A DNA stretch of 64,000 nucleotides from Klebsormidium nitens (lineage: Eukaryota; Plantae; Klebsormidiophyceae). Under the pieces are notes generated by a model, which saw nothing but the letters and a program-made list of their open reading frames with translations, did not search any database and was not told the DNA's origin. The translations under genes and the position numbers were made by a program. Of the stretch, positions 33,901 to 44,227 are shown piece by piece (the first letter of the stretch is position 1; each line of letters begins with the position of its first letter). The DNA is taken from positions 1 through 64,000 of the forward strand of contig DF237337.1 in the NCBI GenBank assembly GCA_000708835.1. Direction: 5' to 3'.

Positions 33901-36900
33901 TGGCAATCTTATGTATTCTACACGTCCGATCATTTTTGTTTATCATTCTGGTTTTTGGCAATCTGGCACGGAAGGACCTTCAGTGCAGCATTTCCGTGGG
34001 GATGCCTTTGATTCGATTAGCAAATGTCGCACAAGATCCGCACAGAACACTGACAGCATCTACGATCGGCTTGCGCAGGTACGCGTTCCAGATCCTGCTT
34101 CAGATACGGGAGATGCTGAAAAGCACGCCGACTCTGGTGGACGTCACGATCGCCCCGGGGGCGCACTTTACTGTCTGCGGAGACGTACACGGACAGGTAT
34201 GTCTCCCGATGCACACTGAGCAGTACAGATATCATCTCAATTCCACTGCTTTGTGCTGAGCGATCTTCGTCTTTGTACCGTTCTACAACGTACTCAGGTA
34301 ACTGCGGGGGCCTGACTCTAGAAGTGGGAAGAAAACTCTTCGCGGTTCTACCAGGTTCTGCCGCACGATAAGATCGGCAAGCCTTGGCCGTGCGTCCGGC
34401 CCGATTGTGCTGTCCCTTTGAGGCACACCTCCTGAATTCTTCTAAGCTTTTGAATAGTGTGAGCTCTAGGGCAGGCTTCCTAGAATTCGTTTCCTATCAG
34501 GACCCCCTTAGATCGACGATGGGGTCGTCAGGCCGCTTATTTTGGACCATAGATCAAAGATTCATAGCCAAAGGGCTTCTGAGAACGCCACTGCAAGTCC
34601 ACCTTCTCCTTCCAACGGTTCTGTCGACCCTCCCGTAAATTTCCGACAAAGCTTCTGATCGTCCACGCTTGATCTACTCGCAGTTCTACGACCTCCTTAA
34701 CATCTTCGAACTCGAGGGCCTCCCCAGCCTCGAGAACCCATATCTCTTCAACGGAGACTTCGTGGACCGGGGGTCCTTCTCCGTCGAGGTTATCTTCACG
34801 CTCTTCGCCTTCAAGTGCCTCTACCCCACCGGTAAGTCTTAGCATCCCTTGCTGACGTTCTGTTGGAGTGCGTGGGGAAGGTGCTGATTTCTTTGAGGTC
34901 CATTTGAGATCTGGTCCATTCTGGTCCGTCGAGGTCATCTGCACGCTTTTCGCCTCAAGTGCCTCTACCCCACTGGTGAGCGCTTCCACTGGGCAAAGGG
35001 TTTGTCTTGTTCTTATTTGAGTGCGTGGGCCTGCTTCCCGCTCCGTTCCGGCCCGAGCGGCATCCGCTCCGGTCGGTATCGTTCGGTTCCGATTATTTTT
35101 GGTGAGGTCATCTTCACGCTATCCGCCTTCAAGTGCCTGTACCCCACCGGTGAGCGCTTCCACTTAAGCAAAGGTTTCGTAAAATTCTCGATTGACTGCA
35201 TGAGACCGTTTTTGGGGCCTGTTTGAGATCTGTTTCCGTATCGTTCCGTTCTGTTCCGGTCAAGGTCAGTTGCACGCTCTCTTCCTTCAAGAGCCTTTAC
35301 TCCATTGGTCAGCGCTTCTCGCTGAAGCAAAGGGGTCGTAGTTTCCTCAGTCGCATGCTTGAGACGCTCGGTTGCATGCTTGAGACGCTTCCGGCTCTGT
35401 TTTGGCCCATTGGCTTCGGTCCAAGGCCTTCGGAACCGGCCTACACCTCTCTTTCAAAACAATAGGAGAAGTAGCACTGGAAGCGCTCGCCCCTGAACGT
35501 ACAATCCTGCCCCGCCGCGCAGGCCTGTACTTGTCGCGCGGCAACCACGAGAGCCGCAGCATGAATAAGATCTACGGCTTCGACGGCGAGGTGAAGGCCA
35601 AGTACAGTGACAACATGGCGGAGCTGTTCGCCGAGGTGTTTTGCGCGCTCCCGCTCGCGCACCTGCTCAACAACAAGGTTCTGGTCGTGCATGGGGGCCT
35701 CTTCAGCCAGGACGGGGTCAAGCTGGACGATATTCGCAAGATTGATCGCTTCAGAGAGCCTCCGGATGAAGGTAAGGCGGGCGGTTGTTTGCTTTTGTAA
35801 CTGCTCTCTGTAGGGAGTTTAGGCGGGTGTTTACGGGTTCTTGAGATTGTAGAGCGTCAAAGAAAGGTGACAGGGCGGAGTTAAGCTGGACGACATGCAG
35901 AAGGTTCCCCGCTTCAGAGAGCCACCGGATGAAGGTGAGGCGGCGGGCGGTTGTTTGCTCTTGTGACTGCTCTTGTGGGTTTTGGGGAAGGTTAGGCGCG
36001 CGGTTATCTAGGTTTGTGACTGCTTTTGGCGGGTTCTTGAGTTTGTGGAGCGTCAGAGAAGTGTGACAGGACCTGGTTGAGCTGGACGATATCCGCAAGA
36101 TACACTGCTTCAGAGAGCCTCTGGAAAAGGTGAGGCGGGCGGTTATTTATGCCTGGGGCGGTTATTTATGCCTGTGACAGTTGTTTGCGGGGTGCTTGCC
36201 TATGTGTGGCGTCAGAGAAGGGTGATAGGACGTGGTCAAGCTGGACGACATCCGCAAAAGTGATCGCTTCACGGAGCCCCCCGCTGAAGGTAACGCGGAA
36301 CCGTGCTTGACTGGTTTTGGCTGGTTTTCGATCATCAGAGGAGGATCCGATTGAGCTCGACGATATCCGCAAGACCGACCGTTTCAGGGAGCCCTCGGAT
36401 GAAGGTGAGGCCTTTGCTTTCGACTTTGTTGCTGCGCTTTGCTTCTCAACCCCTTGCTTCGCTCTGCTTTTGGCTTTGTGTAGCCGTCGTGGTTGCAGAG
36501 CGTCGTAGACAGAAAGTTGAGAGTTGTGACCAACCTTTTGCTTGATGTGAGACAATTGCTTGGTCTCCAGTTGCCCTCCTAGCTTCAAACAGGGGAGAAT
36601 CTTTCCAATGACGTTTGCGGTCCGGAAGGATTGCTCAGAGCGGCTTCTGGGTTTCACACAATGTCCAGCGCTTTGCAATCGTGAATGACTGCGATGCAAA
36701 GCGTGAATAAGTTGCCCGCTGTTAAAGTCGCACAGGGTTGAATCTCCGAAACGCGGATCCGACAAGGCCGGCTTGGAATCAAGGCCAAGGGGCCCTGCCT
36801 TTCGGTAAGCCCAGATTCTCAGCCCTTCTGCCCGTCTTTCCAGGCCTGATGTGCGAGCTGCTGTGGAGTGACCCAAAGCCCGGCACCGGTCGCAGCCCGA

Positions 36901-38617
36901 GCAAGCGGGGGGTTGGTGTCGCGTTCGGGGAGGACGTCACCAAGGCGTTCCTGGAGGACAACCGGCTAGGTGAGCGCAAAACGCATTTCCCTTTTTCCTC
37001 TCAGGGAAGAAGCTTTCTGCTTCCTCGAAGACACGAACTGCTGCCATTTGCGGCCGTCGTATTTATGGACAGCTTCGACAGGCTTTCTCACCGTGTGTTT
37101 CTGGTCTTCTTATGGCCAGCAAATTGAGGAGTGGGTATGGTCGTCAGAGGAGCTGCTATGCGCCCGGGTGTGTTCAATTCGACACTTTGAAACTCGGTTG
37201 TGCTGCTGTCTTCATCTTCGCGCCCGGTTTCGGTGCCACTCGGCGACCGCGGTTTGTTGTTGCCAGGTTTGTTTGTGTGCCGGAGCATGCCTGAGCCTGT
37301 TTTTATGTGCGCCCTTGACTCTTCAAGCTGAGCATTGATATCTGTTCGCAGACCTGATTGTGCGATCGCACGAGGTCAAGGAGGAAGGCTACGAGATCGA
37401 GCACGACGGGAAGCTCGTGACCGTCTTTTCCGCGCCCAACTATTGCGACCAGGTGAGCAAGCGCCGCTTTCAAGATACTCGCTAACCTTTACTGGGGGCT
37501 TGGATTTACCATTGGAACAGCGCTGCTGTCACTCGTACTTGTCAACGGCGTCAGTATTTCAACGACTTGGATTCTGCACGACTTCTGAGGAGAGACCCAG
37601 CATCGTAAGATACTGAAAGGACCGGCACGTCATACTCACTTCTTGTCACGCCAGCGGAGCGTCTCAATTATCGTCACGACGAGCCGTTTGGACCTCGAAA
37701 AACAATTCTCTTTTTCGATTCTAAAGGTATCGAGGCCTTCCGGGAGGTTCTAAGTTGGCTTCTGCAGTCTGGTGCATTCGCTGGAGAGGCTACGGTGCTA
37801 CAGTCGTACCCTTTCCGTGTCTGTTGTCATCCCTTTACATTCCTTACCCTCCAATTCTGCAATTTCGTATTAGGCCTGATGCTAGTACAGCCCCTGCGGT
37901 AAGCAAACGAGAGTCTTGTTCAAAATTGGATGCGTTTCAGGCATCTTTCGACTTCATACTGTTTTTGTAAACCTCTTAGTTGGACCCTTCAGTGCAATTC
38001 AGGAGGAGCTACTTTTTGCAGAAAATGATAGTGCCTGGACTTTGGGTTACAAAACCGACTCATAACGGAGAAGTCGTAATTGCACGATCGCCAAACAGAT
38101 GTGGCAGTATTTGAGATCGAAAGCAGAACCGCGACTGGGAATGCGCGTCTAAAGTTCTACGAAGCCTTTCAAGTTCCTCGCTTTCGTTCCTAGTCGCCCG
38201 GAAGATTTGCAAGTTTGCCAACCCTTTGCTGAAAACACCTCGCTCGTTTGTGCAGATGGGCAATAAGGGCGCCTTCATTCGCTTCAAGTCGGACATGAAG
38301 CCGAAATATACGAAGTATTCCGCAGTGGTAGGGACCGGTTCCTTGATTATTTTTGCATGGCTTCTTGTTATCCTGCTTGCATGTGTTGTTCTTTTTCACC
38401 CGATTTGGACCTGCTTTTGGAGCGAACTGCCAAAAACAGGTCAGGGAAGAAGGTTAGCGGCCATGTAGGGGGTCTCAACTTGTCTTCGTCATTTTTCGTC
38501 TTCCAATCTGTGGGTTAAGCTCTGGTTGTGCTGACGTCAAGCTCGTCCCTTGTGCAGCCCCATCCGAACGTGCGGCCAATGGCGTATGCCAACAATTTCT
38601 TGAACTTCCTGTCTTAG
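30913..38617 (+). CDS. PP5: Serine/threonine protein phosphatase 5 (TPR repeats plus PPP catalytic domain), 12 exons
   Basis: Exons about 30913 (or 30955)-31069, 31628-31797, 32152-32223, 32629-32779, 33674-33782, 34079-34196, 34684-34831, 35523-35771, 36844-36969, 37352-37452, 38256-38327, 38558-38617. TPRs ([41 protein letters not shown]); PPP motifs [42 protein letters not shown]; C-terminal [11 protein letters not shown]. Confidence 0.97.
34770..35335 (+). repeat. Tandem copies of the PP5 exon 7 donor junction (real junction plus 3 copies)
   Basis: gaggttatcttcacgctcttcgccttcaagtgcctctaccccaccg|gt recurs at about 34915-34997, 35101-35175 and 35255-35335. Confidence 0.9.
35711..36410 (+). 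repeat. Tandem copies of the PP5 exon 8 3' end and donor (real junction plus 4 copies)
   Basis: gacggggtcaagctggacgatattcgcaagattgatcgcttcagagagcctccggatgaag|gt recurs at 35874-35934, 36070-36129, 36229-36289 and 36339-36404. Confidence 0.92.
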
Positions 38618-40286
38618 CGCTGGGCCCTGCGGGCTTTGCTTAAGCCCCCAAATTTGCGTAGCTCATACCACAGGTTTCGGAAGTCAAAAGTCCTTGGGAG
38701 GAGATCGGGACAGCTCGCAAACCGCTTGCTTGTAAGGCTGTGCCGAGGTAGTTTGGCGCAAGTTGCTCTCTTATTTTGGCTTGTGCGGAAGACCATCTTC
38801 TGACGTTAGGTATTCATTCTTCTGGAAGTTGGGCATGCTCACGAAGTGGAAGCTGTAAGCGTCAGAGCCTAAAGTAGTGAAAGTGAGTCGTTTTTAACGT
38901 GGACTAATTCGATTAAAGATCAGATCGCAACGCGGCCCGTTTGAACCTTCTTTTGGCTCATGTCGAAACGGACTGACACGAACCACCACTGCCCGAGCAT
39001 TCGGTCAACGCCAACTTGACATACTTACATAACATGTCCCCTTTAGAAGCTCGGGCCTAACATGGCAAGTCACTGCATGCCTAGGCGTTCCTGACACATT
39101 GGCTTGTCACCGTCTGGACTGGTGCCATTCCATTCATTCAATTGATTTCGTTGAGTACTTCTCTAGACGGTAAGTTCAAGATTAAGTGACTTGCAACTTT
39201 CTTCAGTGTCTGCCCAACGGGTCCAATGGAGAGTCCGAATCTGCCTATACCGACAGAAACCAAGCTGGCCTAGTCACTAGCTAGTGCCACAAAATCCAAA
39301 CCACGAAACCCATATTCAATCATTGAATCAAAATGGTATGGTAAAGTTGTCATGCATGTCAGCGATTTTTGGATCGATGATATTGAGCTGATGTGTAATT
39401 TGATTGTAGCAGGCCATCCTTGTGATACAGACTCGAGGCCCCACCGCGTCTGGCCTGCCGAATCAATATCCAACTACCCGGGACAGGCCGCCCGATCGAC
39501 TCAAGATCTGCGGATGGTTAACTATAGTTATCTAACTTAATGTGTGCATGATATATCTTGAGCTCATGCCAGCCAGCATATGCGCATGCAGCTCACCAAG
39601 TGCGTCGGATCATCATCAAGCACATGCATATATAACGGTGATCCAATGCAACCAACTCTGACATATCTTTTTGAACGGAAGCAACGGCTACTATATCTCA
39701 TAATCTTCATCAATCGTCCACCTGTCATTCCGTTCCAACAAAGGTCTAAGCCTGTGCATCAATACACGACAATCAGTATCCATCCCATGCAACTCTAGTG
39801 CGTACGGTCAATCAAGCTGGTGTTAGGTTCAAACAAAGTTGACCGGACGTTTGAAATCTCTACTCGCAGATACAGCAAAGAGGCTTGAAGCTAACCCCCT
39901 TCAAACCTGGTGAATAAAGGTATCGCATCTGGGCCTAAGTTCACAAGACATACAGGAACCCTCCGAAAAGCAACAAGCGCTTTATCCACAATTGCGAGCA
40001 AGCGCAACGACCCTTGATATAAAAGCTTCTGCAGTACCTGCCTTCGCATTAAACTGCTCTCCATTCCGTACCAGCCCGGACAGGGCCGCCAGACTAGAAG
40101 CCAACCTCAGACGACTACGAAAGAAGCATCAACCGAGCCTTATTACTTTGCCGAACAAAGGTACTACATCCTGCGTATTACTACTGCTACACAGGAGGGT
40201 CATGCAATGGCAGCCTATTCTACGGCTCAGATTGCAACCTGTGGCAAACGACCACTTCGATCAGCACTAACTTTCAACCTCCCCCG

Positions 40287-42624
40287 CTAATGCGCTTTGC
40301 TTGCTTCTGTTGCAGCCCCCGCCCTCGTCGTGGGCTTCCTCTTCCGCATGACTCTGCTGAACGGCCCGACCGTCGGGTCCGTAATGTAGTTATAGATAAC
40401 CCGCGACCACGACGTGTGGAACGCCAGGTTGTCGTAGAACTCGGGCGCCATCGCCTTGAGCTTGTGCAACCGCGACCCGGGAATGCGCGGGAAGTCGTGG
40501 TGCTCGTTGTGGAAGCCGACGTGCCACAGCAGAAAGTTCAGCGGGCCGTAGTACGAATACGTCTCCTGCCCTTGCAGGAACACGTAGTGCTCCGCAATGA
40601 AGTGCCCCGCCGCCGGGTGGAGCCCACCCCCCAGAAACGAGGCCAGAAGCAGATACGCGATCGGCTTGAACCCCCAGAAGTAGAGCATCGCCAAATCAGC
40701 CACGACGTTGATCGCGAGGTTGCTCAGCTCCCAAACCCCCACCGGTTTCGGGTTAACGAACACGGGGCGGATCGCGTAGAAGAACAGCTGGAGGATCACC
40801 CACACGAGCTTGGACAGCGTGTTGGTGACGTAATGCCCCTCGGCATACGTCGGCACGTCCATGTCGACGCCCTCGATCCCCTGGTACCGGTGATGCTCCA
40901 GGTGGTACTTCTGGAACGTCACCGACATCGGGATGCCGATCGGAATGTTGGCAAACAGCCCGAGGAGCTTGTTGTAGAGCGGGGTTTGGAACGCGAGGTT
41001 GTGGGAGAGCTCGTGGATCGCGAGGAAGAGGTTGTGGTTGAACCACGCGCCGACGGCGTACGCGAACGGGACAAGGAACCACCATGGGGCGTCGCGCATG
41101 AGGTACGCGAGCGCCAGCTGGCCGAGCACGACTGCCGTAACCTGCAAAAGTGAATGGAAGGGTTAAGTCAAGCTCAGGCCGGTTAGGAAATTGCAGGCTA
41201 GAATGTACCTCTGCGGATAAGCTATGCCTGCGCCAGCTGGCCAAGCACGACGGCCGTATGATCTACAGACGTTTACACGCGGGTTGTTTACGCTGCGTTT
41301 GGGTAAGAATGGCCAAAATGCAGGTTAGGAGAGCTTTGTGCGTTGGTTACAAAGGTTTGTATGCAAGTTCGGCAGGTTAGCATGCAGGTTTAAGAGGCTG
41401 AGAGACAGACGGCGAGGTTGTTAGTGAGCTTTACGAGTGCTGTTGAGCCATGATTATTATGATTTGCAGAGGTGGACAAGCGGTTTAGAAAGGTGCCGAC
41501 AGGAAGAAGCTAGCTAGAAATATCAATGCAACTTTTGCAATCAGCCTAGACGCGGGCCAAAACAGCAAACAACAATAAAGGCGCAACAGATCAGTCTGTA
41601 GAAGACAAGACTCAATTGCAGCAGTTGATCCCCCCATTACAAAATACGGGCCTTCACATCAAACTTGACCAACCCTTGGTCGCAGAGAATACAGTAGTCT
41701 GCTGGCTCGACATTTGCAGCAGCAGTTGCCAACTTCTGACAGCGTGATCCAGAAACGCAACCGGGCAAGCTTATCAACTGGTGCAGCATTACAATGTGGA
41801 CATTTAGCAGCCGCAACTTGGACACTAAGCTGCGTATAGTGGCGCAATTTGATCGAGGAAGCTTTTTCTGCTTAACACTAAAGTCACTGGCTCACGCAGA
41901 CGGTCAGTTGAGAGCTCCAGGCCTCCAATTGAAAGGGAACAAAACCCACTGCTCTCTACGGTATCACCCTGTCAATACTTTAAGCTCATAACGCAGCTGC
42001 AACCGAGGGGGCCAGGGAGATAACGAATAGGAGGCAGGTAGGATACACAAACTTACATAGTCGGCCAGAACATATGATTTAGTAGGGAGGGCAAATTTGG
42101 AGCATGTTGCACATTTCAGTTGACAGCCTCAGTGGCGCAAGCAAACGCTGCTTATTTCTGAGTCAGAGCCTCATCAGGAGATTGCTCATCTGAGCCGCGC
42201 AACCGGACCTACATCCTACATGACATTGCTCCAATCTTCAGACGGTGGGCTCATCTGATGTAATTCTGATGATACCTTCGGTTACTTGGTGCTGCTCCCA
42301 AAGTAGACCAAAGGAACCCCGACTGAAGCTCAAGCAATCCTGCCCCTCTGATCAGAGATCTGCAACAAGTTTCAAGCCCCTGAACTAGAAGAGGAGATGA
42401 AGCAGATCGAGCCTCACCTTATAGACCGCATACTCGTCAGGTCCAAACAGCTCCCGCACCTCCGGATGCGCCGCCAAGATCTGTTTCCGCCTCGTTGCGT
42501 GGGGCTCATCCGTTTCCACCCATATGAAGTCAGTCTGCATCCCCTTCGCTGACTTGGCCCCCGCTACCTCTTCCATTTTTGGCGGGAGCTCCGTCACCTT
42601 CCTGCTGTCTCCCCCCTTCCCCAT
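40287..42624 (-). CDS. DES1: Sphingolipid delta-4 desaturase (DES1/DEGS family), 2 exons
   Basis: Exons 42624-42418 and 41141-40287. N-terminal DFIWVETDEPHATRRKQILAAHPEVRELFG; histidine boxes HELSH, HLEHH and HNEHHDFP; GLHPAAGHFIAEHY. Confidence 0.96.
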
Positions 42625-44227
42625 GCTGACCGCAGTCCCTGGGCCCCTCTGAATCAGTGCAACTCTGGCTTCCCTGTCAGCTCACTATCTCAAAGAGTGC
42701 ACCAATCAGAAGATTGCCGCACCGCTGCCAAGCGTTCAAAACCCCCTCCCTTCCTGCTTCCTTTATCAGACGTTTCTGTGGCAGCAACCTACAGGTCTTA
42801 GAACGACGAAGCCCTGATTATGAAAGGGACCGCCCCTCAGTCAGCTCGCTCCTAGGTAATGGCCGCTGGTGCAGGGCAACTTCTCTACCTGGCTGGCTGT
42901 ACTGCTGCTGCCCAGGGTCACAAGCAAGTCACAGCTCTAAAACTTTCAGAGAGACGACCAAATTGTTCGAAATTGAAATTGAGAATTTGAGACCGAGACG
43001 CAACCGTCCGACCCTAGCCTAACCCAAGAACCAACCGTTTTTAACACTCGACGGAACGCTATGTTTACAATGGCTTGATTGCGAGGACAGTGTCAAAGAT
43101 TCCAGCGTCGAAACCTAGGTTCGTAATATAAACCCGTGGGTATTTGTCGGTTTCCATTTTCGAAGCAGGAAACAAATGAACATTCCAAACTAAAACAGAT
43201 TTCATGACGTCACTGATTTTCAAATCTCGACCTGCGCGCGCGGTCAGGTCCAGCCAATTTACTTTCATGGGGGGGTGGAATTCAATATTGCTCCCGGAAG
43301 GAATCGCCGGTCCAGTCAGGTCCAGTCAAAGCGGAGAATATCTATACTTTAACGGCATGCCATGTACTGATTCTAAAGTTCATGCACCCGGTGATCCGTC
43401 CAATCCAATACCAGGGGGGCCAAGAAACGAGATCCAAGCTCGTACGCAACGTGGCGAAACGTGAGCCTCGCTTGACTTAATGTATCTTTCCGCCGGTCTA
43501 ATGTCCGTACAGCCGTACTGCCACGGTGGCAACGGGTCTGTTGCATGCAAGCCGCGCCATGCAATATATGCAAGCCCCGGCCGCGCTGATCGTTGGATAG
43601 GATGCGCGGGGCCGCGGGCGCTCCGCAGTACTGAAGCGGACGTACAGTGGTGCACTTTGACGGTACCATATATAATACCCTACTGTTATAGTGACTATAA
43701 CTTGCCAGGTGAACTCCACTCACACCCATGTGCAGCCAGACGTTGGACCCGCAAACCTTCGATGGCGCGAACGTTTTGTCTCAGGCACGCGCGTCAGAAT
43801 GTGTTGATTACACCGCTACATACATGGAAGCCAGCTCTGCTTCGGTGGTAACCTCCGTCGATATCTTACACGTGAAGTCCGCTTCCCGCCATGATACACA
43901 CGAAGTCTTTTCATGAGAATACCCGTTTTTCCGTGAACGACAGTCCTTCGTTGGTCAAGGAAGCAACCAGTACAACTATATATTGTTGATGCCTCGACCT
44001 TTCCCAAACACCGCGTGTCTACATCAATAGATCATACGTTGAAGTCGCACTTCGACGTACTGGAAGCTAGCACGAAGTGTTCAATGTTCCTCCTATTTTG
44101 CTCCGTTACTGCCCCACGTCGACTAAACCACATGATGTGAGAGCCAAAGTCACACGGGAGTCACACATCGGTACACACTCGTGTCGATCCAACCAACTTA
44201 TTTCATGCATTTCACGGGCCATTAAAG

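Noticed and set aside
35711-36410. CRISPR-like array of repeats with spacers
   Set aside because: The repeats are diverged exon copies inside a eukaryotic intron, the spacers are partly homologous to each other, and there are no cas genes.
40290-41153. 287-aa plus-strand ORF (also 3850-4479 and similar long antisense ORFs)
   Set aside because: It is the mirror of the GC3-rich DES1 exon 2 (or GT90 exon 1). Stop-poor antisense frames are expected from this codon bias, and no independent motifs were seen.
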